DNA of 64,000 nt. Origin: Chrysomallon squamiferum (Eukaryota > Animalia > Mollusca). The position numbers and the translations under genes are program-made. Positions 1 through 21,346 of the stretch are shown one piece after another. Each line of letters opens with the position of its first letter. Positions within the stretch are counted from its first letter, which is position 1. The DNA is taken from assembly GCA_012295275.1 (NCBI GenBank), contig CM022667.1, positions 7,812,001 through 7,876,000 of the forward strand. Direction: 5' to 3'. A model generated the notes under the pieces. The model saw only the letters and a program-made list of their open reading frames with translations. It ran no database searches and was not told the DNA's origin.

Positions 1-279
1 GCAGACAGCTTTGTCGTATGTCACGTGACGACCTCTGTCGTCTGGTGGGACCGTACGAAGCGGAAGTGCTTCTTACACATTTAAATTACTTACGTCAAGG
101 TAAAACCAGATTTTGTTTAGCTTTATATTATTTCTTTATTTCTTTATAAGTTCATTTTATAATTTATTATTATTATTATCATCATCATCATCATCATGGT
201 CGTTAATACTGTTGAGCTTGTTCTCTTTTTATTTCTTTATTTGTTTCTTTTGTTTTGTGTTATTTATTAAATTTGTTTA

Positions 280-321
<42 letters not shown>

Positions 322-712
322 CTTTAAATCTTATTCATACGGTATGATTTCGAATTACAATAAATATATAGGTGTAAATATTTAATAAAAAGAAATGAAA
401 ATTAAACACATTTAAATAAAAAAAAAGAGTAGAGAAGAAAGAAAGGAAAAGAGACAAGCAGAGAAAGAAATGCGATTTTAGTAATTATGATTATCTTTAT
501 TATAAGTGGTGACTGAAACGAGGCTAGTTAATTATAATAATTTATTCAAAGCAGCACGGATTCCTGGTCTGACGCTGGACAGAGATCGTTCTGTCAGCTG
601 CACGTCTCCGGGGGCCTCGCACGGGGCGTGGCCATATCCGCCAGTCAGTGGAATAGAGGGCGTGGCTCCAGGTCAGGCGTCTCCGTCTTTGTATTAATCA
701 AGAAATTCTTAA

Positions 713-750
<38 letters not shown>

Positions 751-1073
751 TGATAATGATAATAATAATGATAATAATAATAATAACAAAAACAACCAGT
801 TAAAACATATAAATTATGATGACATAGAATCGCACATGCGCACAAAATTACAAATGAGTTTTGATTATTTCTTAATTTGCATTGCTTATTTTTTATTATT
901 GTAATTTCTTTTCTCTTTTAGAATCTGACTTCTCTAAAGCTTCATGGTTATCACAGTCAAGTTCAGGTAAGTGTGTTATTTAATTATTGTCGTAGTTGTT
1001 GTTATCGCCGTCGTTTTCGTAGCTCTAATTCCTGTCAGAGTAATACACTTTACTAACAAAATAGGAATTTTAA

Positions 1074-1163
<90 letters not shown>

Positions 1164-2122
1164 TTATTTATTTATTTATTTATTATGATTTTTTTTTAAG
1201 GTTGTAATCCATGCGGCTTTCCCCCTTACACCCCTAAAGGAACAATGGAATCGTCGAGTGAATGGAGGACACAAGGTGTGTATGGAAAATATAATTAATC
1301 AAAAAATCATTTAAAAAATCAGAGACATGCTTAATTAATTAATTAATTAACAAATAAACCTACAAACAAGCAAATAACAAACGAACAGACAAATAAATCA
1401 ATAAAAACAAACAAACAAACAAATAAATCAATATTTGAAAGAGTTCCGAAATAGGTTAGTCACAACAGCGAAGTAAGCACGTTTCACTTACAACCAGGGT
1501 CTGACATTCACTGAAATGATCATGAAGATTCCCTGAGAATGTCTACACAGAAAAAAGGATTTATTTTTATTTTTATTAATTACCTGTATATCTGACGTGA
1601 AGCTGTAAGACAATCCGATAAAGATTTGCAATTTAAAAAACAAAACGAAACAAAAAACACAACATGGGATAGTGTTACACCCCATTTCCCTTCAAATCCA
1701 ATCTTTTAGATGTTAACTGTTTTCAAGAGTGAAGTGTGGAATGGGAGAAATGGAAAACGTGACGTTGATTTTGTTATTTGAATATTTTCAGATCCGTACA
1801 AGCTGTTTGGTCATCTGTCGAGTCGGCTGTGCAATGCAGGTAAGTGAGTTGAAATACACAAACTTAAACATTCATTTAAAACTATAAATACACATTCAGT
1901 GTCTGAACAGTACACGTGTTCTCTTTACACTGCTTTCACAGAGGGAATAAGTCTTTTAACCTTCGCAGTTAGGATACCTGTGGCCTATTTAAAAAAAAAA
2001 AAATTATATCCAAATTACTGTGGTCCTAATCAAATGGTAAAATACCATTTGTGTATTTTCCAATAACAGTTTATCTTTGTCAACCTTTAAAAATAAAGAT
2101 AAACTTTAATAGAAAACAAAAA

Positions 2123-2161
<39 letters not shown>

Positions 2162-2930
2162 AAATTTAAAAAAATTAAATTATAAAAAAATAAAGAGGGA
2201 GTAAATGAATTTACAGTAGCGGATACTCAGTCTTTCAAGACTTTTATGAAAAGGCTAGAAATATGAAACTGTCTTCTAGGAAACTCACACACAATCAGGT
2301 GCTGACGTACACAAACGACAAACAAGATCGAAGATTACGTGATACGTTGGACCAGCTGTAGTCGTGGTGCTGGTGATGTTTGGTGTAACTATTATTGTAT
2401 TTGCAGGAAGCGGACAGATTCAGCTGTGGCAGTTCCTGCTAGAACTTCTCTCAGACAGTAGGAACGCCCCCTGCATCACGTGGGAGGGGACGAACGGGGA
2501 GTTCAAACTTGTCGACCCTGACGAGGTGGCGAGGAGGTGGGGGGAGCGAAAGAGCAAACCTAACATGAACTACGACAAACTGAGTCGTGCTCTCAGATAC
2601 TACTACGACAAGAACATCATGACCAAAGTCCACGGCAAGAGATACGCCTACAAGTACGACTTCGCGGGACTGGCTCAGGCCATTCAGCCGGCGGCGACAG
2701 ACGCGAGTCCGTACAGACACCAGGACCTCTTTCTCACCAGCTATGCAAACTCCAAGGTAAACTTTCCCACCAGCTACTCTTCCGTTGGAAGCATGCCGTC
2801 TGGAATTCTGGGAAATCCTTCAAACTATTGGTCAGGACACAATACAAACATCTATCCCAATCTTCAGAATCACGTGATGTCGAATCCTGCAGGACATATG
2901 CCTACTCACATGGGTTCATGTTATGCATGA
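1..2930 (+). CDS. ERG: ERG/FLI1-family ETS transcription factor, 3' part (end of PNT domain plus ETS domain); 5' end lies outside the window
   Basis: Phase-consistent GT-AG exons 1-99 ([35 protein letters not shown] end), 552/555-671, 922-966, 1201-1275, 1792-1839 ([16 protein letters not shown]) and 2407-2930 ([17 protein letters not shown]...[36 protein letters not shown]). These motifs are diagnostic for the ERG/FLI1 subfamily. Confidence 0.93.
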
Positions 2931-2933
2931 TCT

Positions 2934-2966
<33 letters not shown>

Positions 2967-3813
2967 GTGTATATATATATATATATATATAGACTCGTGA
3001 CAAATAACGACAACCTGATCAACTTCTAGTGCTTACCAATCAAAAATCTGTTTCTCAGCTTGGCGGCCATATTGACAAAATATTCAAAATACAGTGAGCA
3101 ACATGACACGTGAACAAAATGTAAAAACAAACAAAATATTTATTCATTAGAAATTCCAGTATGCTTTATGACAACGGAACTGAAGTGAATAAATATTTAA
3201 ATGCAATATAAATTATAAATTGTAAGTTATAATACAAAAATGAGGTTTTTTACTGCAAAACTTTCAACCATTAATAGCTTCAGTAAAATAACAAAAACGA
3301 AAACAAATCTTATAACCTGGATTATTAGAAATACTGCAGAAATGTTTGATGAAAAAAATGAAAGTAAACAAACCCAAACCTTTCTTTCCCAAGTGATCAC
3401 ATCAGTTTTCAAATCAGTTTATTAACTGAAATAATAACCTTAATTGCAGAACCTCGAAAATGAATACAGTCACTTTGTGATTTCATTGAGCTGCTTCCTG
3501 AAAAAACAACATCATCATGAAGAAAACACGTTTTGCGTTTTATTACATGTCACAGTTTTATACAAACGAAGCAGGAATGAAAAGTTCACTCGACTCTGGC
3601 AGTGTAATTATTTTGTTTTTAAATAAAGTTAAATTATCATCGCTTTTGTGTTAAAACATTTAAACGTTTCTGTTAGATATATTTTCTGTTTTGTTGTTTG
3701 TGTGTCACGTGTAATAATATACATATACACACTTTAACAATACCCTCACACTTACACACACACACATACATAGACACAAACGTACATACATACGTATATA
3801 TACTTATATGCAG

Positions 3814-3880
<67 letters not shown>

Positions 3881-5110
3881 GTATTTTTGTAGACACCTGA
3901 GTGTTCACTGTTACATTTTGTTAATTATATATTTCTTTAGTCTTACAACAAGATTTGTCATAAATATAGCTGTTAACTCTGTGCTCACTTTCACAAATCT
4001 AAACAAATTCCTATCACAAATAACAAAAATAGCAATAAATTCATAGCTTTTATTTGAACAAGATAATTGCAAGAAAAAAGACCAGTATAAAAATTTAATT
4101 ATCTCTCGTATTTCACGTCACGGAATATTAGGAAATAATAATTAATATACAGATAATTATAAAGAAAAACACAGCGAATATCTAATAGTAATTATGTAAT
4201 CAAAATTCAAGTTTAATATTTGTTAAGAAAGAGCAAAAGCATGCTTGCATTACGAGAAGATTCTTGCAATAACAGAAATATTTGACGCTAGAATTGAATT
4301 ACAACAGTGTTTTAGTTAAATACTGATTACAACACACGACATCTAATAATCAAAAAACAAACAACAATAACAAAAAAATACACAAAAAAAAACCATTAAA
4401 TGTTCCTGCACAGAGTAAAAAAATCTCAAATCTGAAGAGTTTCAGTGTACTACGCTATTTTACTTACATCGTTAAATAACTGAACATTTATCAGAATGGG
4501 AAAACTCTTTTCCAGTTAAGTTTTAATTATTTCCACGTAGATGACTTATATATAATTTTAAATAGTTTGTTGTAAGTTTAATAATACCGCAGTCTTGAAA
4601 GCGAAGTAAAATAATTTTTAATTTAAAATAAAATTAATGAATACCGTGATGACCATTTCGCGTATGCGTTAAGCCAAAGCAAAGAGTGGTTTTCAATGTG
4701 AAGAAGAACTGGGATAACAAATTTTAAATAAACAGAGAAACTTAATTCAAAACTGGTAATTCACACACACACACGCACGCACTCTCACGCCCACGCACAC
4801 AAAGTACCTGGACGTTAGTGAAAATGACCAATGTCTTACATACAACATTTCCTAAGCCTAGAGAACAGTTCTCTTCTAATAACATCTTAATCAATAAAGA
4901 AACATTTCAGACTGAGTGAGCGAAACAGCGAGCACGCAGTTACAAAACAAAGGTATTACATCACATTACTCGTGTTTCCGACGTCTAGAAGACCAGTTCC
5001 TATTTTTGGTTCATTTCAGTTGCTTGAGTCATACTGCTGGTGTTTACAAAGGAGAAATATCAACTATCCTAACTGTAAATAATAATTATTTGTGTAAAAG
5101 TAACAGATAA

Positions 5111-11277
<6,167 letters not shown>

Positions 11278-11419
11278 CACTTGAAATCTTTTTTTTTAAA
11301 CTTTAACTTTTCATACTCGATACTAAAATAAATTTTATTGTTATTATTATTATTAGAGAATCGTTATTGTTGTTGTTGTTGTTATTATTATAACTATTAT
11401 TATTATAGTATTATTATTA

Positions 11420-11456
<37 letters not shown>

Positions 11457-11883
11457 TGTTACTATTATTATTGTTATTGTTACAGTAATATTATTATTAT
11501 TAGAGAATCGTTATTGTTGTTGTTGTTGTTATTATTATTATTATTATAGTATTATTATTGTCATTATTATTATTATTAGAGTATTGTTGTGTTTGTTATT
11601 ATTGTTATTTCTATTACTACTTAGAAATGAAGGTGATTCTTACCTGTCAGATGTACGTGTAATGTTGATACAGAGCTAGGTAGATTAGTAATACTCGAAA
11701 AACTAACAACGCCCAGCTGTAACTTATAGAGGAAATAAAATATTGATTTTAGTAATATTGATTTGAGTAAACGTTCAGTAATTGTGTAAGTGTACGGAGG
11801 TCATTTCGCTCTTTAACAGACCAGAGCAGAACGTTTTATTTTGAAAATTTGAAAATATTTTAAATCTTTTGCTAGTGATGTTT

Positions 11884-12416
<533 letters not shown>

Positions 12417-12870
12417 ATTTCTCTATCTTTGTTACGATCAGTTTCACAGAAACGTTTTAAAAAAAAGAATTAAAATGTTTAAATATTTTTCAACTCAAAT
12501 TCTTTTTGTAAATTAAAATATTTACATGTGTATCAGCAGTCTATTTAATACACATTTTCTACAGCCAACATACTGTGTCGTAATCTGCTCCTATAGTGTT
12601 CTAAATTGTTTTAGAAAACTTATTGATGCTTAAACAGAATTCTGAACTTCTTTTAATTTCTTACACTTATAATCATTATTATTATTTAAATTACTGTAAG
12701 CAGTCTGACAAGAATGTAATCGTTTTAAATGGTTTTGTGAATAATTATGTGTTAGACAAATTCAGTTATAATTTATAAAAAGTTTAAATAAATTTCATTA
12801 TTCATATTTCAAATTTTAAAATGGACCGTGGACAATATATTTATAATTTTATAAATTTTACATTTTTAAA

Positions 12871-12990
12871 GCGAGGGGGCTGTCTAGTGGTTAGAGCGCT
12901 GTGTGTCTTTCTTTGCTACTTCCCGGGGCTAAATCCCGTTCCAGAACTAACCCGAAGTTCATATACAGAGCACGTATTTCCTGGGTAAGA
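12871..12990 (+). mobile_element. Degenerate tRNA-derived SINE head
   Basis: GC-rich island: CTAGTGGTTAGAGCGCTG (A-box/D-arm-like) followed by CCCGGGGCTAAATCCCG (decayed B-box/T-arm). Confidence 0.4.
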
Positions 12991-13751
12991 TATTATTAGA
13001 GTAGAAAAAGCGAGTTTCTTTTCGAGTTTTACTGAAAAGGTACTGATGATGTTGCTCTTGTTTTTAGGGAGCGATTTTGTGTATACAGACATATATGCAC
13101 ACAAACACATACATACACACATACATGCACATACGTACACATGAACAAACATATGTGAAAAACATGCACAAGTTACTCAAAAAGTGAGAGTCTCTTCCAA
13201 CTGTTTTCTTTTTAATTATTTTTTATTTATTTACTTCTTTAATTATTATGAGTTTTGTGTTCGATGTCGCTGACTCGCTCTGTTAATTTTTATATCAGTG
13301 TCGTGTTTCTGTTCACTTCCCTTCTTGCCATCTTATATAATGTATACAGATATATGTGCGTGAATATGTGTGTGTGTGTATGTGTATGTGTGTGTATGTA
13401 TGTATGTGTGTGTATGTGTGTGTATATATGTATGTTGGCATGTGTATGAGTGCGTGTGTATATGTGTGTGTATGAGTGGGGTGAGAACAATCCTGACATT
13501 GTTAACATCGTTCAGATGTTGTTGCATTCATTTTATTAAACAGCATTAGCTGACGTAGTTATAAAAAATATTTCCAGTTTGTTGTGAAAAGAGAATTAAC
13601 GCTGACAAACTGAGAGTTTTATTTATAACAACCAGATAATTTTAATGTTCACAAAAATACGAGTTTAATGTTTGATGCAAACGAAGGCGGAATTTACCAA
13701 AAACACAAATAAAAAATGTCCGATCAATGAAAAGCGTGTTTTACAAGTTTT

Positions 13752-14196
13752 TCACAAAAGTGTGAAAACGAAAGACACCATCCACAGAAGTGAAAAACGA
13801 CTCTTACGAAAGTTAAAACTTGTTTTCGAAGCAAGGTCAGACGACGGTTTTTCAGTTGTAGCAGTTTTTGAACTGATTTCACATCGCGGCCCACGGGCTC
13901 CAGTTTTACTGCAGTCGCACATGCAGACGTCTTTTATCAATTTTCCGCCGTTTTCACATTTCTTCCCGTCACATTCTGTCTCACCTGAAATGCTAATTTC
14001 AAAATATCGCATTCTTCGCGAAATGTCTGTCTATTTATGTGAATGTGTATATTTATGAGTATATGTGTGTGTGTCTGAGAGTATATATGTGTGTGTTTTT
14101 TGTGTGAATAGTATAAATATACATAAATGTGTACCAATCAAGTGCGTCTCTCTCGATCATTCTTTAAAACACTTTAACACATACGCACGCACTTTC

Positions 14197-14273
<77 letters not shown>

Positions 14274-17262
14274 GCACATTTATGTATATTTATACCCTAC
14301 ATGCATATAAACAAACACAAACACACACACACAAAACAACGTGTAGTGGAACAGTAGCAATGCTTACTACAGAGACCATCGTCGCAGTGTTTTTTCTTCT
14401 CGGGACACTCCGTGCACTCACTGCCCTTCTTGTACGGGTATATTCTCCGTATGTTTCCCCTGTGCATACATACACGTATACGTAAGGCTAGTGAGTAAGT
14501 TAGTGACATTTTAAGACTAGTGAGTAAATTAATGGCATAGTGAGACTAATGAGTCATTACTGACAGTGAGTAAAGTTAGTGAGTAACGTGTCACAGTTAG
14601 ACTAGTTATTAAACGAGTGACATAGAAAGACTAGTGAGTAAACCAGTGATAAAGTGAGATTTGTTAGACATACCCGGGTGCGTAGTCACAAACAACGAAA
14701 TAAACAGAACGATCCAACTTGATGTTTTTTGGCTTTGGACAGAAAGCCACTCCACAGCCAACCCTGTTAGTATTGTACCAGACAATCTGAAAATAACATC
14801 AACATCATCATCATCACCATCATCATCATTATCATCACCATCATCATCATTATCATCACCATCATCATCATCACCATTATTATTAGTAGTAGTAGTAGTT
14901 GTTGTTGTTATTACTGGTGGTGGTGATGGTGATGGTAGTGTTTCTTTGGTGTATGTTGAAGTAGAAGTAGCAATAGCAGTAGTAGTAGAAGTTGTTTTAC
15001 TAGAACTGCTAATAACGACAGAGGTAGACGTCGTAGTAGAAGTCGCGGTGAGGGTTTACCTGCGTGTAGTGGAGACAGATTGCTGAGCAGGAGTTGTTTT
15101 TCAGGGTGTAGTTTGTGAGTTCGCTGTACCACCAGCTCATGAACTTTTTCGTTCTTCCTTCCACTGATCCTGAAACAGAACGTTTGCTCATTTATCTCGT
15201 GTTGCTCAGCTTACGTCAACAAAAACTCACACCAGTGCTGTCGGTTACAAAAACAAAGACTCGGCTCAAAGCTGTTAAATAAAACTAACCTGTTGAGTAG
15301 AATATGTTCTCTCCTACGTACGAGTACACGCCTTGTTCTTGGCTCTTGTTTTTGTTGTGGCTGATGATGCATTTCTCAGCCCAGTTCTGTGCGACGCCTT
15401 CCAAAGTATCGTCCCAGTACTAAATTTGTGTTAAAAAAATAGAGACCATTTGTAAATATTGGGAAATCTTTCAAATTTTAAATGAAATATAATAATAATC
15501 CTAATCTTAATATTAGTAATAAGTGGTCAGTGCTTTAGTTTCATTTGATTTGCGTCTTCTTCTTCTTCTTCTGACTGTTAATCTTTCTGTACAAGTGGAT
15601 CGTGTAGTTGTTGCTGAAGTCGTAGTGGTGGTAGTAACAGTAGTACATATTTATGCTGATGGTTCGGTTATGACACATTGTATAAATTTAAAAGACTGGT
15701 ACCCTGTATTGGATTTTGATGTTGTAATTGCAGTTCTGTGTAATGCAGTGACAATTGTTAATGCAATAATCCTGTCAATAACGGACAAATAAAGGGCTTA
15801 CAATAGAAAGTGTGATGACTCATAAAAGCGAGTCGATATGACAAACAAATTAAATTTTCATTACGTTTACTGAACACACTGAGTAAATATCCCGTTCTGT
15901 TATTGACTGCGCACAGTTCATGTACTGCAGAGTGAGAAACGATACACTGTGTTTTCACTGAGGCGTGACGCCCTGGGCAGCCACTGTGACAAACTACCCG
16001 TCTGATTTTCTCTTCAGATTCCACCTTTCATATCGATTACAACCATTTCTTTCTTTCCACTTCTTCTTTTTTCTAATTAAATTTAGTTTTGTTTAAGAAT
16101 ATAAAAACACAGAAGTTTGAAGAGAGAAACTTTATTTTCTCCAAACCTATCACTCGTTTACCGCCATTTGTCATGATTTGTGTTTTAAGCACTGCTGTAT
16201 CGGTTATGTTGTAATCGCTATAAATTGATTTTTTTTAAATTTACCTTGCTATTGCCATAGATCAAAATTTAGTACAAACGATATAACCATAGTGAAAAAC
16301 TCATTACACTTTGTAATGAGACAAGTTGTAATCTGTCACAAAGTTTAGTGTATTCAGCTTGAATAAATAAACATCGGTTAAAATCTGCCAGTTTGACAGT
16401 TAACACAAACAGATCATTTATAACTCGATCTACCAACATAAATTTAAAATGTAATAAACATGCCAGAAGCTTCGTAAACCAATACGACACAAAGAAATTA
16501 AACGTATAACAACGAAATAGCCACGTGGCTTGTTTAGAACAGTTTTAATAAAAGACTGAGTAATATTGATTATAAGAAAGTCTACACTGAAAAATAATTC
16601 CCGCCGGACTGTTATTCTCCGTTCCAACCAGTACCTAGCTACATTCCCCACAATTAGCTCAAGAGCCAAATTAGAAAACAAATAACAGAGAGCACAAAGC
16701 TTTGACTGTTAATAGAAAACAAGTGACTACTTCATATCATAACAAGTTATGTGGTTTACACTTAACAGTATATCTGCTAAACGTAACTAAATGAATTTTT
16801 TATACAGATATTTATTTCTACAGTTATTAAGATGATTAAAAATTCCTCTGTTCATCTTCCACTGGCAATGAAAAGTAGATAGCCTTATGTGTGTGTGTGT
16901 GCGCGCGTGTGTATATGTGTGATAGAGAGAGAGAGAGAGAAAGAGAGAGAGACGGAGAGAGACAGAAAGAGAGAGGGAGAGAGAGAGAGAGAGACTGGGG
17001 TTTTCACAGAGATCAAGTAAAAAGAACGAAGACAGAGAATTATTAATTTTAAATGTTAATAATGATTTATATAGAAATAGAAAATACTGAAATCAATTAA
17101 TTCTGAAATATTGGTAAAATAAAAGAGGAGTAAATAGAATGATATTGAATATTGATAAAACAAGGAAAGATTTCTCAAACTAACAAACTGAAACATCATT
17201 TTCGTGTATTTTTCGTAACATTATCTAAAAAGCGGTAAAGAAAAGGCAGTAAATAGATAGAT

Positions 17263-17356
<94 letters not shown>

Positions 17357-17618
17357 ATTAATACAAATAAGTTACCATTTTTTCCATATTTGAAGCGCCT
17401 TCTTTTTTCCTAAACTCGTTGTGTTTTCGTATTATTTCTATTTTGTCATCCAATGAGAAACCTGCTTTTTTGTCAGCCAGTCTCTTCGTTCTGTGTGTTT
17501 TACTAAATTCCTCCCTTTGCCCGCGTGAAATCAATTCATCCTTCGCGTCTGCTTTCTGAAGAAATCCATCTTTCAGTACGATAAGTAAAACGGTTAAAAT
17601 CTGCGATTTCACTTCCAT
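13752..17618 (-). CDS. CAP/SCP protein 2: signal peptide, CAP domain, hinge, EGF-like domain, short stalk, GPI-like C-terminus (~306 aa)
   Basis: Exons 17618-17376, 15419-15290, 15169-15060, 14786-14674, 14459-14368 and 13984-13752 join in frame with the same intron phases as CAP gene 1. Motifs: HNEFR..ASNMEKM, WDDTLEGVAQNWA, VGENI, WYSE, CLHYTQIVW, VGCG, VCDYAPGGN, PYKKGSECTECP, CENGG..CMCDC..GPRCE. Confidence 0.9.
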
Positions 17619-17909
17619 CTCTGGCCGCTAGCAGTGCCAAAATCACAGAATCATATATCTACAAACTGACGTGCACCTACTTATAAAGAAAAGCATCGTA
17701 TAATTAAATTTTTGGTCTGAAAGATATCGTGAGAAATACGGGACCTTATGACTTGTGTTGACAATTTCATGTACAAGATTTTTCAATACTGACTACAGGA
17801 CAAAGACAAGCGCTTACTTTGTAAGAATTACAGAGACGAAGCTGAACTTTAAGCATTTGTATTGATCACGTTTCATTAGTCAGTGTATACAAAATAACTG
17901 GATTACAGC

Positions 17910-18004
<95 letters not shown>

Positions 18005-18371
18005 ACTGTATACAGACAGACATGCATGAGAAATATATATACAGGTAGGCAGATACGTAAATAAACTGAGAGAGATAGAAATATACATACTCTCTCATCT
18101 GCTCTCTCTCTCTATATACAGCTCTATCTCTGTCGCTCTCTCTCTCTAGCTCTATCTCTGTCGCTCTCTCTTTCTGTCTTTATCTTTCTCTTTCTTTTTC
18201 TCTCGCTCTGTCTTTTTCTCTTTCTCTCGCTCTCTATCTATCTCTATCTCTCTATCTCTGTGTCGCTCTCTTTATTTCTCTTTCTTTCTCTTTTTATCTC
18301 TATCTCTATCTCTGTGTCGCTCTCTCTTTCTTCTCTTTCTTTTTCTCTCTATTTTTCTTCCACTCTCTCTG

Positions 18372-18465
<94 letters not shown>

Positions 18466-19770
18466 CATATTTGCCACATTATTAATTTCGTCATCAAGTA
18501 CTCGAGTATACATGATTTCTTTTAACACAGAAAAAAAAAAATTTCTTTCAGGTATGAAATAATTCCTTATAGTTAATTCTTTAAATTCTGACCCCCCCCC
18601 AAAAAAAAAAAGAAGAGAAAAATAACAACCAATCCATTAATATTATTATCTTTTTTCTTTTAATAACAAGGTATCGTTAGAACATGTTTTTAATCAAATA
18701 TAAATTACACACGCATAAATAACATCAGTGTACACAGTTATTATGCAATTTTACAAGTAGTCAAAATCATGTTTACAAAAACTGTTGAATTCTTTAATAT
18801 ACGTGGTTCTAATCCTATTACTAGCATAACTTGTTTATTACGATTTATTCAACAGACTTCGAAACACAAGTAAAAGAGATGAATACGCCCCTGAAACCGC
18901 CATTGGTAAACTGAGTTCACTGACATTTGTGTTATGTACAAAAGTGTGCTATGGAAATTAACATAATAATCATACAGCGACCTAAATATTAATAATAATA
19001 ACAACAACACCAATAATAATAATAATAATAACAGTAATGATAGTGTAATAAAAATAATAATAACTATAATAACAGCAACTTCAACAACATCAAAAATAAC
19101 AAAAACAGTAATAGTTAGTAAGTAGTAGTAGTAGTAGTAGTAGTACTAGTAGTAGTAGTAGTAAAGATGATGATATCAGTAATAATGACAATAATAATAG
19201 TAATAATAATAACAGTAACATTTATCACCATATTTTAATGTAATCTGGCAAATTTGTATGGTTTGACTAACAAATATAATATGTTTGTTGTTCATTATAA
19301 TGAAGACATCATCGTTTTTTAGTTTCACAACAATAACAGTAACAGTAATAATAATATTATTCAACTGTAACAACTGTCAGAAAACACAGAAGAATATTAA
19401 ATGCAACAAACATGGAAAAAATTGTAAGTAGTAATTAATTTTTCTTTGTTTTTAAAAATAATTTAGAAGGTAATTATAGAAAAATAAATAAATAAATAAA
19501 CGATGATGGTGATAATAATGTTAATATTAATATGGCTGTTAATAATGATACAAATATTTACCCCTTCTCTGTTCTCAAGGCAGATTTTCTGAGCGATCAC
19601 CAACGATGCAGTTTGAAGACATAAATAACATGAACACTTGTAGAATTCGAATGTTTGCTGTTAATATCTTTAGATGTTATTTGTCTTTTTGACGTAAAGT
19701 GGCTTCGACTGATAAATGAGGTCAGCTTGAGATAAAACACATCTTTCAGAACTGCGTAAGTTTTCCATGA

Positions 19771-19842
<72 letters not shown>

Positions 19843-20520
19843 ATCACGGTCTCCTATATTCGTACATAAAACACAGATATTTACGGCTGTATTAACTGTG
19901 TTCAACATTTGTCAAACAGTTAATGGGAATTTAAATTCAGTGTGGTTAATAGCTGTTCATTTAGTTCACTTTAAATTTATTCGTTTTGGGTATTTGAATT
20001 TAAAATTTATTGCATTTTAACAGAATGTTTTAAACATGGAAATAACTTTCTTTATTTATGGCTGCATTGTAGTGACCATAGTACTGACCGCGAGGTCATC
20101 AACGGCTACTGGTTTGAAACCAACAAGAAAAGATTTGAGCACAACATTTTTTATTTTTACTGTTTGAGAAAAATGTAGTCGAGTTCTTACCCCAAAAAAT
20201 GGCGAGAGACTGCATTTTTTATTTTATTTTTTTTAATTTAAATCTACCGATATAATATAATTTGTAATCAACAAATCTAAAATAATTGCAAAGAATTAAA
20301 CTTGCTTTTTCAATTTTACTTCAGTAATATAATTTGTTTATCATGCATACATATAAATTACGTACTGGAACTGAGAAAAGGTCGCGAAAACCTGGGCAGC
20401 TCGGTGTCTTGATCAACAGAGCGAAACAAACAAGTTTATGTAGGCGAGAATGTATTGTATACAAACTTTTTAATACGTGCACGTAAACAGAAACAGTGAA
20501 AGAGAGACTGACAGACAGAC

Positions 20521-20610
<90 letters not shown>

Positions 20611-20959
20611 CAGAGAGACAGAGATAGGAGAGAGAAAATGTGATATAGTGAGAGAGTCAGAGAATTTTCATTTCTTCAACGAATATAAATGACTTCACTA
20701 GAAACATATTCACACTTTTGTTTGTATGTTTATTCTGTGTTTTTTCTTTGTTTCTTTATATACGCGTACATGTACATATACACACACATACTTCTACATA
20801 CATATATACACACTTAAACATACTTTCATACTTATTACCAAGACACACACACACACACAGACACACACACACACACATACATACACACACACACAGACAC
20901 ACACACACACAGACACACACACCTACACACACAGTCACACACAGACACACACAGACACA

Positions 20960-21008
<49 letters not shown>

Positions 21009-21027
21009 ACTGAGCAATTTTTTTAAA

Positions 21028-21240
21028 GGTTGTCTCGGTGGCTGAACGGTAACATCGTCCGGCTCGGAGTGCGGGCGAATGGGTGTCATACGTTCGAGTC
21101 TCGTCAGCGGCATCTGACGTAGGTTTGTGAGGTCGTGACCGGACTTTGTCCTCCTGCGCCAGGGCGTTCCCGAGTATTGTCTATATGCAGAGTCTATTCA
21201 GACGTACATAAGACATAGAATATTCAAAATCCTAAACCAT
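21028..21240 (+). mobile_element. tRNA-derived SINE-like element with an intact Pol III internal promoter
   Basis: A-box TGGCTGAACGG (21039-21049) and B-box GTTCGAGTC (21092-21100) lie in a GC-rich island. The stems do not pair as a cloverleaf and a non-tRNA body follows. The 3' boundary is approximate. Confidence 0.55.
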
Positions 21241-21304
21241 ATACATACATACATGTATACACCCACACATACATAAACAGATACAAATATACATATATAT
21301 ATAT

Positions 21305-21346
<42 letters not shown>

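Noticed and set aside
15760-16880. Complex non-repetitive sequence with short ORFs in CAP gene 2 intron 1
   Set aside because: No recognisable protein motif, termini or splice pattern; possibly a decayed transposon, but unsupported.
21028-21112. Possible tRNA gene
   Set aside because: A and B boxes are present, but the acceptor and T stems do not pair and no T-run terminator follows, so it is called SINE-like instead.
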